Below are positions 1-12,625 of a stretch of 64,000 nucleotides of DNA, piece after piece. Origin of the DNA: Microbotryum violaceum. Its lineage: Eukaryota. Position 1 is the stretch's first letter, and every line of letters starts with the position of its first letter. Below the pieces are notes generated by a model, which did no database searches, was not told the DNA's origin, and was given only the letters and a program-made list of their open reading frames with translations. Where the stretch lies: NCBI GenBank assembly GCA_001244265.2, contig CDLV01000006.1:682001-746000 (forward strand), written 5' to 3'. Made by a program: the position numbers and the translations under genes.

Positions 1-48
1 ACTCATTCCCACCTGCGTCTTATCTGCACGACCTTCTGTGCTGCTCAG

Positions 49-358
49 GTTTGCTAAAGAGCTCTCGACTGCCTTCGGACTGCTGAACCTCAAGAACGAC
101 AGTTTGCGCAAACGCTTCGATTCGATCAAGTACGATCTCAAGAAGCTCGAAGAGGGTCAGCTGCATACTTGACGCGAGAGTATTCTCGTAAAAGAAGCCG
201 TTTACTTATCAGCTTTTTCATTCCGAGCAGTTGTGTACGATCTCTCCTTACGAGGGCTACTCAAATCGGCGTCGGCATCGGCGCCTACCCTCTCGACTAT
301 GGACGAAGAGCAAGGACCAACAAAACGAGGGAGGATGGAACTTGCGTCCGAAGGCTAA
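49..358 (+). CDS. TSN: Translin, last two exons (49-155, 231-358); 5' part lies outside the window
   Basis: The spliced translation FAKELSTAFGLLNLKNDSLRKRFDSIKYDLKKLEE-VVYDLSLRGL matches the conserved translin C-terminus. Intron GTCAG(156)..GCAG(230); TAA at 356-358. Confidence 0.92.
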
Positions 359-434
359 AACTGACACCGAACTTGTAGTGACAGCATGCTCTCTTGGAGG
401 TGGTACACGCGTGATGACAATTTGGCATGCACCA

Positions 435-592
435 TGGGTCAGGAAGCCCAGAGCGCCTCCGCAGTGCGCCCGTTGTGAAACCCATTCTAGTCTTCGTAGC
501 TTAGACTTTGACCTTCTGTGGCATTAAATCTCATCTCATCTCCTCCCATCCGTTGAGAATCGTGTGCAGTGCCGTCAGAACCTCCTGCTCCA
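435..592 (+). repeat. 5' LTR (lacks the first about 5 nt, TGTTC, present in the 3' LTR)
   Basis: TGGGTCAGGAAGCCCAGAGCGCCTCC...CAGAACCTCCTGCTCCA is repeated at 7947-8130 with small indels. Confidence 0.92.
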
Positions 593-1019
593 AGTGGCGA
601 TTGCGACAGGCCGCCCTGCAGCGTTTCCCAACCGACCCAAAAACAACAACAAAAACGAAACTCCCTTCACTGCACAATCCACCCACCACGACCCAATTCT
701 GCCTATAGTTGGCTCCACTCCCGAACTCACAACCCCATCCTCACCCTTCCCGATCACCGTGGCTCCTTCAACGGACCCACAACAAACGCCTCGATCGCCT
801 TCCTACGTCGCGATCGCACACGTCCACCACCCGCCGAGTTTGGCCTCACCCCGCTCCCTCGCTGCTTCTACAACACTCCCTCCGTCGTTTACACCGACAC
901 CACCCGCGCTTCGTCCTCGCACCGCGAGACCTACCTTGTCCTTTGGCAACGTAGGGCCCTCACCCTCTGACCGCATACAGAAAAGAAACCCCCTTACAAC
1001 TTTACTCCTCCGTTAGCCA

Positions 1020-2966
1020 CAACTTTGACAGCACCTCCCTCACGATCACCGCTCATTCTACCGCCCACCAACGCCGCTCAGGGCACGCCCCCCCCCTGCC
1101 CCCCTCCCCTCCCCCACGACCTCCTCCCCAACCTCCTCCCCAACCTCCTCGGGCTCAACGACATCTACAATCCGCCAAACCCCGCCCCACCTACACCTCC
1201 AACAGGCAAATCGCCCTCCGACCCACGACCAGGCACGTGCACCTCGTGCTTTTCTCGTGCCGCGACTCTCTACCCAGACAGTTGCCCTACCTTCTGCCCT
1301 GATCGTAGCCCCGTTACCCACACCTGGTACCCTCCTCGTGCAGCGGCCCCTTCCCCAACCCACGACTTGGACCCCGTGCTTCCTTGCAAAGGCAGACCAT
1401 GTTACCCAGATGCGAGCGGACTACAATGCCATTGAGGATCTGTCCGATGAAGCGGCCCTCTGACCTCTTGCAATTCTGTCGATCACCTTGGCGCACCTAT
1501 TGATTGGAGCCAATGTGGTCGAAGATGATCTGGAAGCGGCGACCCGGGCGCTTTGGGACAAGAGGACCGACCCGGTGACGGAGCTCAGGATCAACTACGC
1601 TCAGTTAATGGGCATAGCCATGGGACTCCCTCTACAGCGCAACGCACCTAACGCACCAGTTTGACAGGGTGGCACCGACCCCACCACACTCTGGTGCCAG
1701 CAGACCCGAGTGGATGCGGCTCGCAACCAGGGTTTGAGCAAACTCGGAGCTAACTCCTCCGACGGCCTCGACACACTGGTCAAGCTGATGGAAATGTGGC
1801 ATGTTAGCACAGACCCATCCTTGTTCGAACCAAAAAAACGATTCCCGATTTCCCGGAGCCTCTCAACGTCCTGGCAATGTTCAAGTTGAAGGTAGCCAGT
1901 GGCGCCAATGAGCGTGCCAGGGGGTTGCTCAAACAGTTGATTGCTTGCAACCCTGATTGGGGGTGGGCTGAATTTGTTGCATGGGCAGAGAGCACGACCA
2001 CCACCCCAATTCAGTGTACCAACAGGGATATAGCCGCCTCCATCAGCGAGATTTCCTTCGACTGGTGGGCAAAGCACACAGCACCGGACGGACGACAAAG
2101 CACGCCGGCCATCGAATTTAGCCGCACCATGCGCAACGCCTGCACCGACGCCCTTAGTTCCCCCCACAGCGAGCTGGTCGCGTCGGCAATCTTAGACAAG
2201 GTTGACGTCTCTCTCCGCCATTTGCTGGGACCCAACATGGCCCGGGTCACGAACGTGTTGGATCTCTGCAAAATGATTGAGAGCATACCCCAGGTCAGCT
2301 ACCAATTGCACCTTGCGCAGCATGAGCGGATCACGGGACTTGTCACACGAGCTGATATCCGTAAGGAGATGACGTCAGAATCCGGCAGAGCAACGGCTGT
2401 CGACCGAGGACATTCGGGAACTCAGCAACAAGGGCGACGGGTTCCGCTCAGCACTGGATCCGGCACCCAAATCGCATGTCTCGCCCCCCGCAGGGTTACA
2501 AGGATCGTATTTCACGACGGAGGACATGCGCAAACCAGAGCACCTCCTGGGTATTTCCTACTCACGATTTGACGATACGACAGCCGGAAGGCGGGATTTC
2601 ACGCTCGCTTGCACGGCGTACATGAAGCAGAACCCGCCAACTTCAACGAAACCGAACTCGTCGGCCTTTCCCTTAACGCCGGGAACGCAGGCCCCGGGTG
2701 CATTCCGTTCGTGTGACAAATGCGGGAAGGAAGGCCACATCTCCCGTAATTGCTCAGGCTCGCCCGTCAACGAAGTTGAGCGTCGCTTGCGCAGCCTCGT
2801 GCGAGCAGACTCCGTCCTTAGCCGGGGACCCCGCAACGCCCACCGCACCCGAATGGTGGCATTGCTGGCAGAAGACGACCAACTCGATATGATTGACTTG
2901 TACGAGACGTTGTCCCAGCTCCCATCGACCGACAACTTGGAGGATCAGGATTTTCTGGATGCCTAG
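1020..2966 (+). pseudogene. gag, frameshifted, with C-terminal zinc knuckle
   Basis: ORF fragments 1877-2572 and 2526-2966 are in different frames. CDKCGKEGHISRNC fits CX2CX4HX4C. The 5' boundary is approximate. Confidence 0.75.
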
Positions 2967-5900
2967 GTAGACAAGATCAACTACCTAGGCCCGAACCTCA
3001 AGATCATCCCCCACCAAGAATGCCGGCCACCAGGGTTGTTGAAGGAAACTCTGGTGGCAGACAACCCGATCTGCTCAACAACTTACAGATCAAAGACGCC
3101 CATCGCATCACCAATGATGTGCCCAGCCCCACCCCCCCAGAGCGAATGATAACACCTTCCCCGGTTCCCCTTGATACTCTTGTCTCCTTAATCCCCATAG
3201 TGGTTGATTATCTGCATTGGAAAGAACGCGCGTGCGTACTTGAGTCAGATAGAGACAGATCCAAGAGCAAGGAACCAGGGAAAGCTGGAGAGTCAAGTAA
3301 AGCGCTACTACTTCTGGGAGAGCAGGTGGAAGAGACATTGACCCCCTATGACCCTCCTCGCCCGTTCTCCGAATCACCGGAGCCCCCGGAAGAGAGCGAC
3401 CCCCCGCCAGAGGAGAGCGAACCCCGCTTCCCAAACCATCGGAACTGGCCCCTACCACGGAGCAACCAGAAGATGACCACCCCCTGACTGCAATCCAGCA
3501 CGACAACAAGAGCCCGTGCATAGGCACCCCGGAAACACCCGATGACACGCCCGCCTTCCCGGATCTCGACAACGATATGGACGACGCATGTCTACAGGAG
3601 CTCCAACAGGCCCAGCCGCTTGAAGTCCACCCCGAATCTGAACAATCAACAAACGTGACAAGGCCGAAACCCCCGAGACCGGAACGCAGGCGGCCAGTGG
3701 TCAAATTGCTCAAGCAACGGCGCAAACTGACATGGCCCCCAGACAAGGGCAAGACGACCTTGGAGGACACGGTTGCTGCAGCGCTTCGAGGCCGTCTGTT
3801 CAAACACCCAGCATACGTGGGGGCCCCAGGTAGTGACGATACATCCCGCCAGCCCTTGATCGCCATCGTGGACGACGGGGCGGAAGCAATTGTTCTAAGC
3901 TCCGAATGGTTCGAACAGATGGGAGATGCTCTTGGGCTCACTGTGCGCACAAACCCCGGGGAGGACAGGGCTTTCACAATGGCGAATTGCTCTCGTCACA
4001 AGCTTCTTGGTGACATTGATATTACAATCTCTATGGGGAACTCTACGGCGACTGTAACGGCACAGCTCATGCCTTCGGGGGGCCTATACGACATAATATT
4101 AGGCAAACCCTGGAAATCAGCGATCAACGCGATTCACTTTTCCACCCTCGACTTGATCATGTACCCCATCAAGAACAGCCTCTGATACGGGAAACTATGG
4201 AATCGTAACCCATTGGTGACACCGCGTTTTACTAACGTCCCAGATGATCCGCGAGACGTGGTCACAATGCTCGAGGAGCACTGGCTCCGGTCAGAGCTGA
4301 GCAATTGGACACCACAGTCCGCCCCTGACCGCGACGAATGGATCGTGGAGACATCGAGGCGCATTCTGTTAGTTCACCGCGAGAACGAAGAGAATGACCC
4401 CAACTGTGACCTTTCCAATTTCTGGACGGACGTCGAACGCGATGCAAACGCGGGTGATTCCTGGGAAGAAGCAGCCCAACACCGCCTCAACAACCTGGCA
4501 ACAGCATTCCCGGGACTGGCTACGGCACAGGTGTCTAGATCCTCCTCCCTCGATGCACGCAGAGACGAGCTCCGGCGCATAGCATTTTTAGGCGATGCGA
4601 CCGGAACCAATTTGACAACGGAAGAACGCGAGACAATTTTGTCGCTGGTTTGCGAATATGTGGATGTGTTTGCATTTTGCTTGGAGGACGTCACAGTGAC
4701 ACCAACTATCAAGCACCACATTCCCCTTTTACCCGGCCACCACCGCACAAACCCTGGTTGGGTTTCGACCATCAACTCACCCGATCAACGCAAGTTTCTT
4801 TATGAGCAAGTTGACAAAATGCTGGCCGCTGGAATTATCCGGGAAGTTGACAGGAATGACGTCACATGGTGGGCAAACTCCCGTGTTGTCCCAAAGAAGG
4901 ATTTGACAGCGGTCTCAAAGTCCAAAGCGGAGCTCAAGGAGACGCTTGAGGAAGCAGTCGCAAGGTCACTCTCGGACAAGGGCGGATGGGCAGAACAAAA
5001 GCGGCACGAGTTCCCCCACGACAAAGCGAAAGCGCCAAAGTTTCGATTGGTTCATGCTTACCTCCAGGTTAACGACGCAACCGCGAATACGGCGTTCCCT
5101 ATCGGCGACCTCGACGCGATGACGGAGAGGCTCGCGGGGAAATCGTTCATCACGTGCCTCGACATGCATTCGGGTTATTTCGCAATAGGCATGGACGAAG
5201 AGGATGTACTAAAAACCACCTTCCGTGTCGAAGGCCGCGGGTATTTCGCGTACAATGTCATGCCCTTCGGTCTGAAAGGTGCCCCCGCAAAATGCACGTT
5301 TGCGCAGTCGTCGGCCGTCTGGTGCGGATCCCACCTCTCCGCCAAAGGCAGAGAACCTGACAAGGCGAAGGTACAGGCAGTCATCGACTGGCCCAAACCG
5401 AATACACCTTGGGAGGTCTCAAGTTTCCTCAACTTTGTCGGATACTACCGTAAACTCATCAAGGGTTTCGCGGCGATCTCCGAGCCTCTTTCAGAACTCA
5501 CACGTGGTGTCCGAGTGGAACAGTCTGCCCGCCGGCAGGGCGGCTCGACCGCGAGAGGGGCTTACAAGAGGGCAATGAAAACTCGACCTATGGACTGGAA
5601 ATGGGGACCAGAGCAATAAGAGGCGTTCTTGGCAATCAAAAGGGCCTTATCAACGTTTCCCATTTTGCGGTCGCCAGACTGGAACCAGCCCTTCATTGTT
5701 GAGACGGACGCCAGCAAGAAAGGGATGGGCGCCACACTATCACAACGCTTCACGTACGCCCATTCCGGAACAGGAGAAATGGTTACTAGGACCCACCCAA
5801 TCGCATTTGCCTCGAGGCCAACATCGGCAGCTGAGAAAGCGTACCCGGCGTTTCTGCTCGAGCTAGCATGTCTCAAGTGGGCAACGGACAAGTATGAGAA

Positions 5901-7859
5901 ATACCTCTTTGGCAACCAGGTCGAGATTGTCACGGACTGCATTGCGTTGGCGGGCATTCTGTCCAACGAAAAGGTGAACCATAACCACGTCCGATGGAGG
6001 GAAAGTATCCTCGCATTGGATATTGTCAAGTTCACGCACCAACCCGGGAAACAGCATAACGCGTGTGATGAGCTGTCTCGAGTCGTGGAGCACCTCGAAT
6101 CATCTGAGTCAATATCTCCGGAGTCCAAGTTACCTATCGATTGGGACGAATACATCCAGAGTACAGGGCCGCGCCAGGTGCTCCTTCTGGCGGAAGCGAC
6201 AGCTTCGGCGGAACAGGGCAACGACTTGGCCACGCCCTTGTTCCCAACTCAGCCGGATGACGGGCTGGCAGACCAAGTCATGTTCCTTGAACAGGCAACT
6301 GCATTGACCGCACTGGATGCCCGGTACAAGGAAGAACCCCTGTTTCAACCATTGGTGACATTCTTGACAACATGCCAATTCCCCACCGGGGCATCACACT
6401 CGGAGAAAGGCCGCCTCCGCCAGCTGGCTAGGCGCTACGCAATCCGGGCCCCGGATGTCCTGCTCTTCAAGCAAGGTGAAAAAACCAGGGAGTGCATCCC
6501 CCTCCATGAACGACAGCAGTTGATTGAAGACACGCACACAGCGCTGAACCACGCGGGAAGAGATCTAATGGTGGTACACCTCTCTGAACGGTTTTACTGG
6601 CCCGGTATGGCACAATCGGTCGCTCCAGTAATTGTCACATGCGACCGATGCCAACAATTCGGGAAACGCGTCATCCGGTCCAAGTTATGGCCGATCACGG
6701 TGCTAGCACCAATGGACCTTCTGGCAATGGATTACTTCTCCTTACCCGCGAGCCCCAACAAGTACAAATCAGTCCCAGTGGTCACAGATCTCTTCTCCCG
6801 CTATGTATGGGCCTTCAAATTCAAAGGAGAAGGCACAGCAAAACGCACCATCGAAGGATTGGTTGAGATCATCAAGACCTTTGGAACGCCACGGATCCTG
6901 ATGAGCGACGGGGGAACCCATTTAAGAATGCAAAAGTCGAGGCGTTCTGCGCAGACAAGGGCATACTCCGCATCACTACCCCGCCCTATGCACCGCATAC
7001 CAACGGGGCCGTGGAAGGAGCCAACAAACGCATTCTGCAAGCGATTTCCCGCGCTACCGTTGGATCGGTCGACGCAACCACCTTCTCACCCTGGTGTCAG
7101 TCACTTGAAGCGGTGGTGTACGCGATGAACAATAGGATTATCCCTGCCACGGGATATCGACCAGCGGATCTGATGTTCAACTTCGCGAGGTCGATGCCTT
7201 CCGAAGGGGCACCCCCCGAAGAGCAAGCAATCGAGATCCTCGCGCACGCGCTCACGTCGTGGGCAGACCTGACCCTGAGGGCAGCATGCATGGTCGCGGA
7301 CGCAGAGGGACGTGTCTCGACAACGTACCAGACCATGTTGGACGCCCAAGCACGCCGGAAGGAGGCCAAGGACCGCCAACTCCAACGTTGGACCAAAGCC
7401 ATTCCGAAAGACGAAAGGGACCGCCCATTCAGGAGAGGCGACCTCGTCCTTGTTCATGCCTCTTGGCTTGAGGCAAGTCGAATTGGAGGAAAACTTCAGG
7501 CACACTGGCTGGGACCGTACCGTGTGGTGGCTCCTGCTACACGCACAGACGACGCGGACAACCCCAGTGACGAGCACGTGACGTTCTGGCTCGAGTCGCT
7601 GGAGGACAAGTCGCCGGTAGCTGGACGCTTTCACGTTAACCGGCTCAAGCTATTTCACCCACCGCACGACTTCCCGATCCCAACGACAGAACCAATGACC
7701 TTGGACGAGTTTCATGCAGCACAGCGACCTAAAACACAACCCCCTCGTACCCAGAATGAAGACCTACCAGGGGATGTCTTGGACGACGACACCGACACCG
7801 AGGATGAGGACGGAAATCGGAACAGGCACGACACGGCCAACGTCCAACGCAGGTTCTGA
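2955..7859 (+). pseudogene. pol (protease, RT, RNase H, integrase), disrupted
   Basis: Protease AIVDDGAE...YDIILGKPW; RT LDMHSGYF and MPFGLKGAP; RNase H VETDASKKGMGATL; integrase H..HAGR...CDRCQ, MDYF, SDGGTH. In-frame stops at 4183 and 5617, a frameshift near 6925, and no YxDD. Confidence 0.93.
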
Positions 7860-7941
7860 TCAAAAAAAATCAAAAAAAAATCACCTCTCCCCCTGGCTAT
7901 TCTTATCTTTCGTCGCCAGAGCTCCTTTTTCCTTTGGGGGG

Positions 7942-8130
7942 TGTTCTGGGTCAGGAAGCCCAGAGCGCCTCCGCCGTGCGCCGCGCCTGCGGCGCGCCCG
8001 TTGTGAAACCCATTCTAGTCTTCGTAGCTTAGACTTTAACCTTCTCTTGCATTGAATCTCATCTCATCTCATCTCATCTCCTCCCATCGGTTGAGAATCG
8101 TGTGCAGTGCCGTCAGAACCTCCTGCTCCA
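7942..8130 (+). repeat. 3' LTR (TG...CA)
   Basis: Starts TGTTCTGGG after a G tract and ends GCTCCA; direct repeat of 435-592. Confidence 0.93.
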
Positions 8131-8375
8131 ACCAGTAGGACCTCGAGACAACTTGCAGTAACCGTCGCAATCGGAAATCGGAAGCTTCACGTCTTTCACT
8201 CCAGTCGTGTAAGCTGGTCCGTGTGGAGAGCAGAGTATCTTCCAGTGACTTTCGTTTTGAAGTTCTTACACGTGGACGTGGTGAAAGGCGAAAATTAAAA
8301 CAGACTATGCGCAGGCGGAATTAGGCCGATCGTTGGGGTCGAAAGAAATTGTCCGTATGAAGATCTAGATCGTGC

Positions 8376-9671
8376 TTAGAAAAGGGTGGCTTGAAGAGGA
8401 ACCTATGGTTTACAGTGGGGGCCTGGTACATCAATATCATGGCCATGCTGGAGCGATCGAAAAGGGTCTCCGTTAGGGAGGAAAGACTCACCTCGACGAT
8501 GGCGGGACCTGCCAGGGTATTGTCGTCCGTAGCGGTGCCGTTCGTCTTGGTAATGACGACGTAGTTCTGGCCGTACAAACCCGAAGGGACAGTTACAACG
8601 CCATCGGAGGGAAGAGCGACCGACTTGGCGCCGAGGGCAGTGATGAAGGTGGCGAAAGCGCCGGATTGGGCGTTAGCGTACGTGAGCTTGACCTTGTTGC
8701 CCGACTCAAGGGCACCAGCAGTCAATACGGGGAACGCCTTGACAGGGAGAGTCGGGTTACTAGAAGGGCACGACTTGATGAAGCCCGCTGCGAGCGAGTA
8801 GACTTGGTTCAAACCGAGCGCCAAGTCAAACGGACTAGGGAACGAATCGAGTTGTTGCGCAGCACCACGGATCCAAGCCGAGTGGCGAGCCTCAACGGCA
8901 AGTACTTGAGCTGCGTACTGCAAGTACGCCGGGTTGGTGATCTTGTTTGCCGCACCGATGTAAGCACTGACTCCGACCCCTTCAAGGATCTGCGCTACAG
9001 CGATGAAGGTCTCGGGCGAGTTGTCCGGGAACGAGTACTCGCAGGCGGCGGTCGCTTGCGCGCCGGCGGCTTTGAGGGCATCGGTCAAGAACGAGACGTG
9101 AGTTGCCTCGTGCGAGGCGATCTCGGTCAGGCGGTATCGAACCCATTCTGGGAAGGCAGCGGATTGGAATGCTTCGGCAGAATACCTGTGCGAATAGACG
9201 TAAGCGAGGAAGGCGCGATCAGCAAAGGCGCGGGATAGGCTGTCGAGACAGGAGGGGGGGCTGGGGGGGCTTTCTGGTGCCCCGACAACGACGGCAGGGA
9301 ACGCGTACTTTTGGAGACCTTGCTTGTAAAAAGCGGCTTCGAGGTGCTCACTGAAGAGAAGAAATTTCCACGTGAGTCAGTTTCTTGTTTCGAAAACGCA
9401 AAAGGCCGCATGGACGGTTCCATTCCTGGGCTCGTTTCTCTGCAGAGCTCGATCGGAACGTACAGAGTAAGAGCATCTGTGATAGGAAGCATATGCGCAA
9501 TGAGCCACCGTCTTCTTGAAGCACCGTTCATGCTTGATTCTAGGATGTAAACTCACAGTTGAGGATGACGGGGTCAATGTCGGTGGATTTGCCATCGTTG
9601 TTGCGCTTGCCGAGAGGGGCGGCGATCGCGAGGCCGGCTACGGCGAGGGTCGTAAGGAAAGAGGTACGCAT
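8376..9671 (-). CDS. Secreted ferritin-like (Ferritin_2/Rds1-family) protein, 5 exons
   Basis: Signal peptide MRTSFLTTLAVAGLAIAAP. Spliced ILNYALTLEHLEAAFY, HEATHVSFL, LEGVGVSAYIGAA, EARHSAWIR. Last exon VPLQATLF*. Confidence 0.88.
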
Positions 9672-10537
9672 AGTGAGTGATTGGACAGGTGTGATAATTT
9701 ACTGTGAAACGTGTGTGGGAGAAGAGAGAGAGGAAGGAGGAGCAGGAGCAGGCAAATGAAGGGGGATCAAGGTCCTTGGCAGACCGAAAATTGTACAAGT
9801 GGGGTCACCTGCTGAATTGTTGGCTGGTACGAGCGCATGAGCCGACCCCAGTGAGAAGGGGTCCGATCGTACGAGACCGGTGGGTTTCAGACATGGCAAT
9901 CGCTCTCTGGCCCAATCGCCTTTATTATATTAGTTCTGGTCCCTTGAACGCAAGGTTCGGCCCAAGCCATTGGGCTACAGCTGATGTCATTCCAGCGATG
10001 CCATCGAGCTCGATCGCTCACTGTAAATGAACAGCGCGGTATTCGCGGGAAACAGTCGTACGAGATCGAGGCGCGCGCTGCCGGTCCACCAGGTGACAGG
10101 CACTTTTAAAATACTTCTAGCGCGAGGCGGCGCGGAGAGCTCACTGTGGGCCGGGCCATCTTGGGCCGCGGAAGATGCCTTAGCATCGGATATCGGCTGA
10201 TTCACCTCATCAACGAAAGGTCTCAGTGGCAGGCATGCAAGGGGGGGGGGGGGGGGGGACAACGAAGCGACATGGGCAATCCACATACATAAATGTCGGT
10301 CAACCATCGACGCCGATGCAGACTCCTGCATTGACCCCCAACGAGCTCGAGTGAGTCCATCGTCACCAGGAGCTGCACATCACGTAATCAGGGCCCTTCA
10401 GGATATTGAGTTTAAAGTTAAACGCCTGCCGTCGGAAGCCTTGGAGCTTCGATCGAGCTGCTATGTCATCGGTGCAGGGAGAAAGCTCGCTTCTGGTCCG
10501 GTCGCTCTCACTACTACCTACTGAAAGGAAGCTACAC

Positions 10538-10949
10538 ATGTGCGCGCGAAACTTATGGATCCCGCAGGGCCTAACTTGACGTCTATCGACGTCTGTCTGC
10601 AAGGACCAAAGTTACCTTGCGCCGTGAACGGCTCCCTTTTGATTTCAATCAGCATCAATTGAGATTGTTAGTTTTTTTTGCCAGCCCCTCACAGCTGGAC
10701 TACACAGCTAAAAAAGCGAACAATTTCAATGAGTTCGGAATCAGAAGGCAGCCATTTAAGGCGCAAGGTAACTTTGTGTGTAGTCCAGTTGTGAAGGGGC
10801 TGGCCTCCACTGGACCACACAGCAAAAAAGCTAATTTCAGTCAATGTTGATTGAAATCAGAAGGGAGCCAAGGTTACTTTGGTCCTTGCAGACATACTTG
10901 TTTTTCGTCAAGTTATGCCCTACGGGATCCATGAATTTCGCGCGCGCAT
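10538..10949. mobile_element. Non-coding foldback/MITE-like element with nested inverted repeats
   Basis: Inverted pairs: 10538-10581/10906-10949, 10594-10619/10869-10894, 10630-10651/10848-10869 and 10680-10706/10777-10804. Confidence 0.7.
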
Positions 10950-11742
10950 TTGTATTACTGATCCAGGTATCGGTAGCCCCGCTCCCGTCGTTGACCCGAG
11001 GGCTGCAATGCAAACTAGTACAGCGAGGACGCTTCGGCGTCGCAAGCCCCATATCTGCCACCAATCACATAAAGGAGGGGAGCAAATTTCGAAAGGCACC
11101 TTGGCACCTCTCTGTTCTAGGGCAGCGCATTGACCATCGTTTCAGGGAGTTGTTTTCGCTCGAGCCCCTGTCCACTGCAGCACGTTGCCCCGGGTGAACT
11201 CCCTCAGAGCCCGCGGTTGCTCAGCAAGCTATATTTTAGCAAGCTCTGGCCGGATACCAGGGTAAGTGCTATGCCCTAGTTGGAGTGCATCAATCCGTGC
11301 TCGTGCCTTGCTCGTGTCGCTGCCAATTGGTATAGGTCATGGGCTCTCCTAAGCAAACTTTGGTTCTCTCGGATCGCCAAGCTTGTAGTGACCAAGCGCG
11401 TGGCATTGATCACAAGCATGTGCGTGATGGGAGTACGGCAGATCACTTGGAGGGACCCTAGGTTTTCCTCTGAGCTCAAGTAAAAGTAGCTACGCAGTGC
11501 ACAGCGGGGTCCAGAAGGATGCGTCGGCGTCACCCGGGCCCTGGGAAAGGCTTTCGCCCGTCCAAGGGTCGCGGCGGTCAGTCGGCCACGGACCCCATCG
11601 CTTGCTGCTCTCCTCCGCAGCCTATCCCTCACCTCCACGTTCTCTCCTTCTCACCACATCACCCTCGCATTTCTCTGGACTTGAACCTTTTCCCTCACCC
11701 ATCGCCTTTCATTCTGTTCAAAGTCCACCTTCGTCCACTCAG

Positions 11743-12260
11743 CTGTTTCGCCATCCTTCATCACTCGTCCTGCTCTCCGTCTCCGCGTCTGCGGGTGTTC
11801 TTGCTCAAGGTGTCGTCTACGGTCAAGCCCTCTCCCGATGTTCTCGACATCATCTGATCCAAACATAATCTTATTGCGCGCTTCCCTTGCCACCTCTTGT
11901 CACCCTCTCTTCCCCTAGGTATCTCGACAGCGCATCCTTGATGGTTTCTTGCTCACTGCCCCACCCCTGTTTTGCTCGCTCCTCTCCAGGCGGGCCGTCG
12001 CTGTCCTGCTTCGTACAACGGTGTCGGCAAGCCCGTTCCTTCCGCCGGTCGCTGCCGCATTAGTGAGCCCCAATCTATCCCCTTCCGATATTTCCTCAAA
12101 CCCACTCCCGGCTGACGTTCTCCCTCACCTTTGTGCTGGCTATCCTCAGGCTGCACACGCGGTTGTTCGACCAAGAAGCGGGGCTCAAGCCTCTCTACAG
12201 CACCACTCGCGCGGTCTGATCGATTTGGCTCTTGCACTTCCTCTTTCATCGCTCTGGTCA
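11743..12260 (+). pseudogene. Possible relic of a small Cys-rich secreted-protein gene
   Basis: Signal-peptide-like LFRHPSSLVLLSVSASAGVLAQ with no ATG, intron-like GT/GC..AG segments and Cys-containing pieces. The predicted second exon has an in-frame TGA. Confidence 0.25.
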
Positions 12261-12625
12261 CCACCACCATCTGCACTTCTCATGTCGCACGAACCGTCGC
12301 CGCTCCGACCACTCCATCATTTTCAATTTGACCTACTAGACCTTCTGTTACTCAGTCTTTACAACTAGAGCTTCACCTGGCATCACCTAGCATCTTCTCT
12401 GCGCTTTCTCGCTCTGTACGCCGTGCCCTCGTTAATGCAATCGATGCCAATGCACTGGTCATAGAATCTTACATCCGAACGGACGCGGTGGTGAAAGAGG
12501 TCCGAGCTCAAAGACCGGTGAGAAGTGAGCTAAAAGTGGAGCGCAAGGGAAGTGTCGGGCCAATTTTGACCCTTTTGATCCTCGCATTACATATCGCGAT
12601 AAGATCCCGCTGAACATCACCTCCC

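Larger units (their letters stand above)
435..8130 (+). mobile_element. Degenerate full-length Ty3/gypsy LTR retrotransposon
   Basis: Direct-repeat LTRs at 435-592 and 7942-8130. PBS-like TGGCGATTGCGACAGG at 595-610; G-rich PPT just before 7942. Domain order gag(CCHC)-PR-RT-RNaseH-IN. ACCA flanks both ends (431-434; 8131-8134). Confidence 0.95.

Noticed and set aside
10241-10258. G18 homopolymer as a functional G-quadruplex
   Set aside because: A simple homopolymer with no supporting context.
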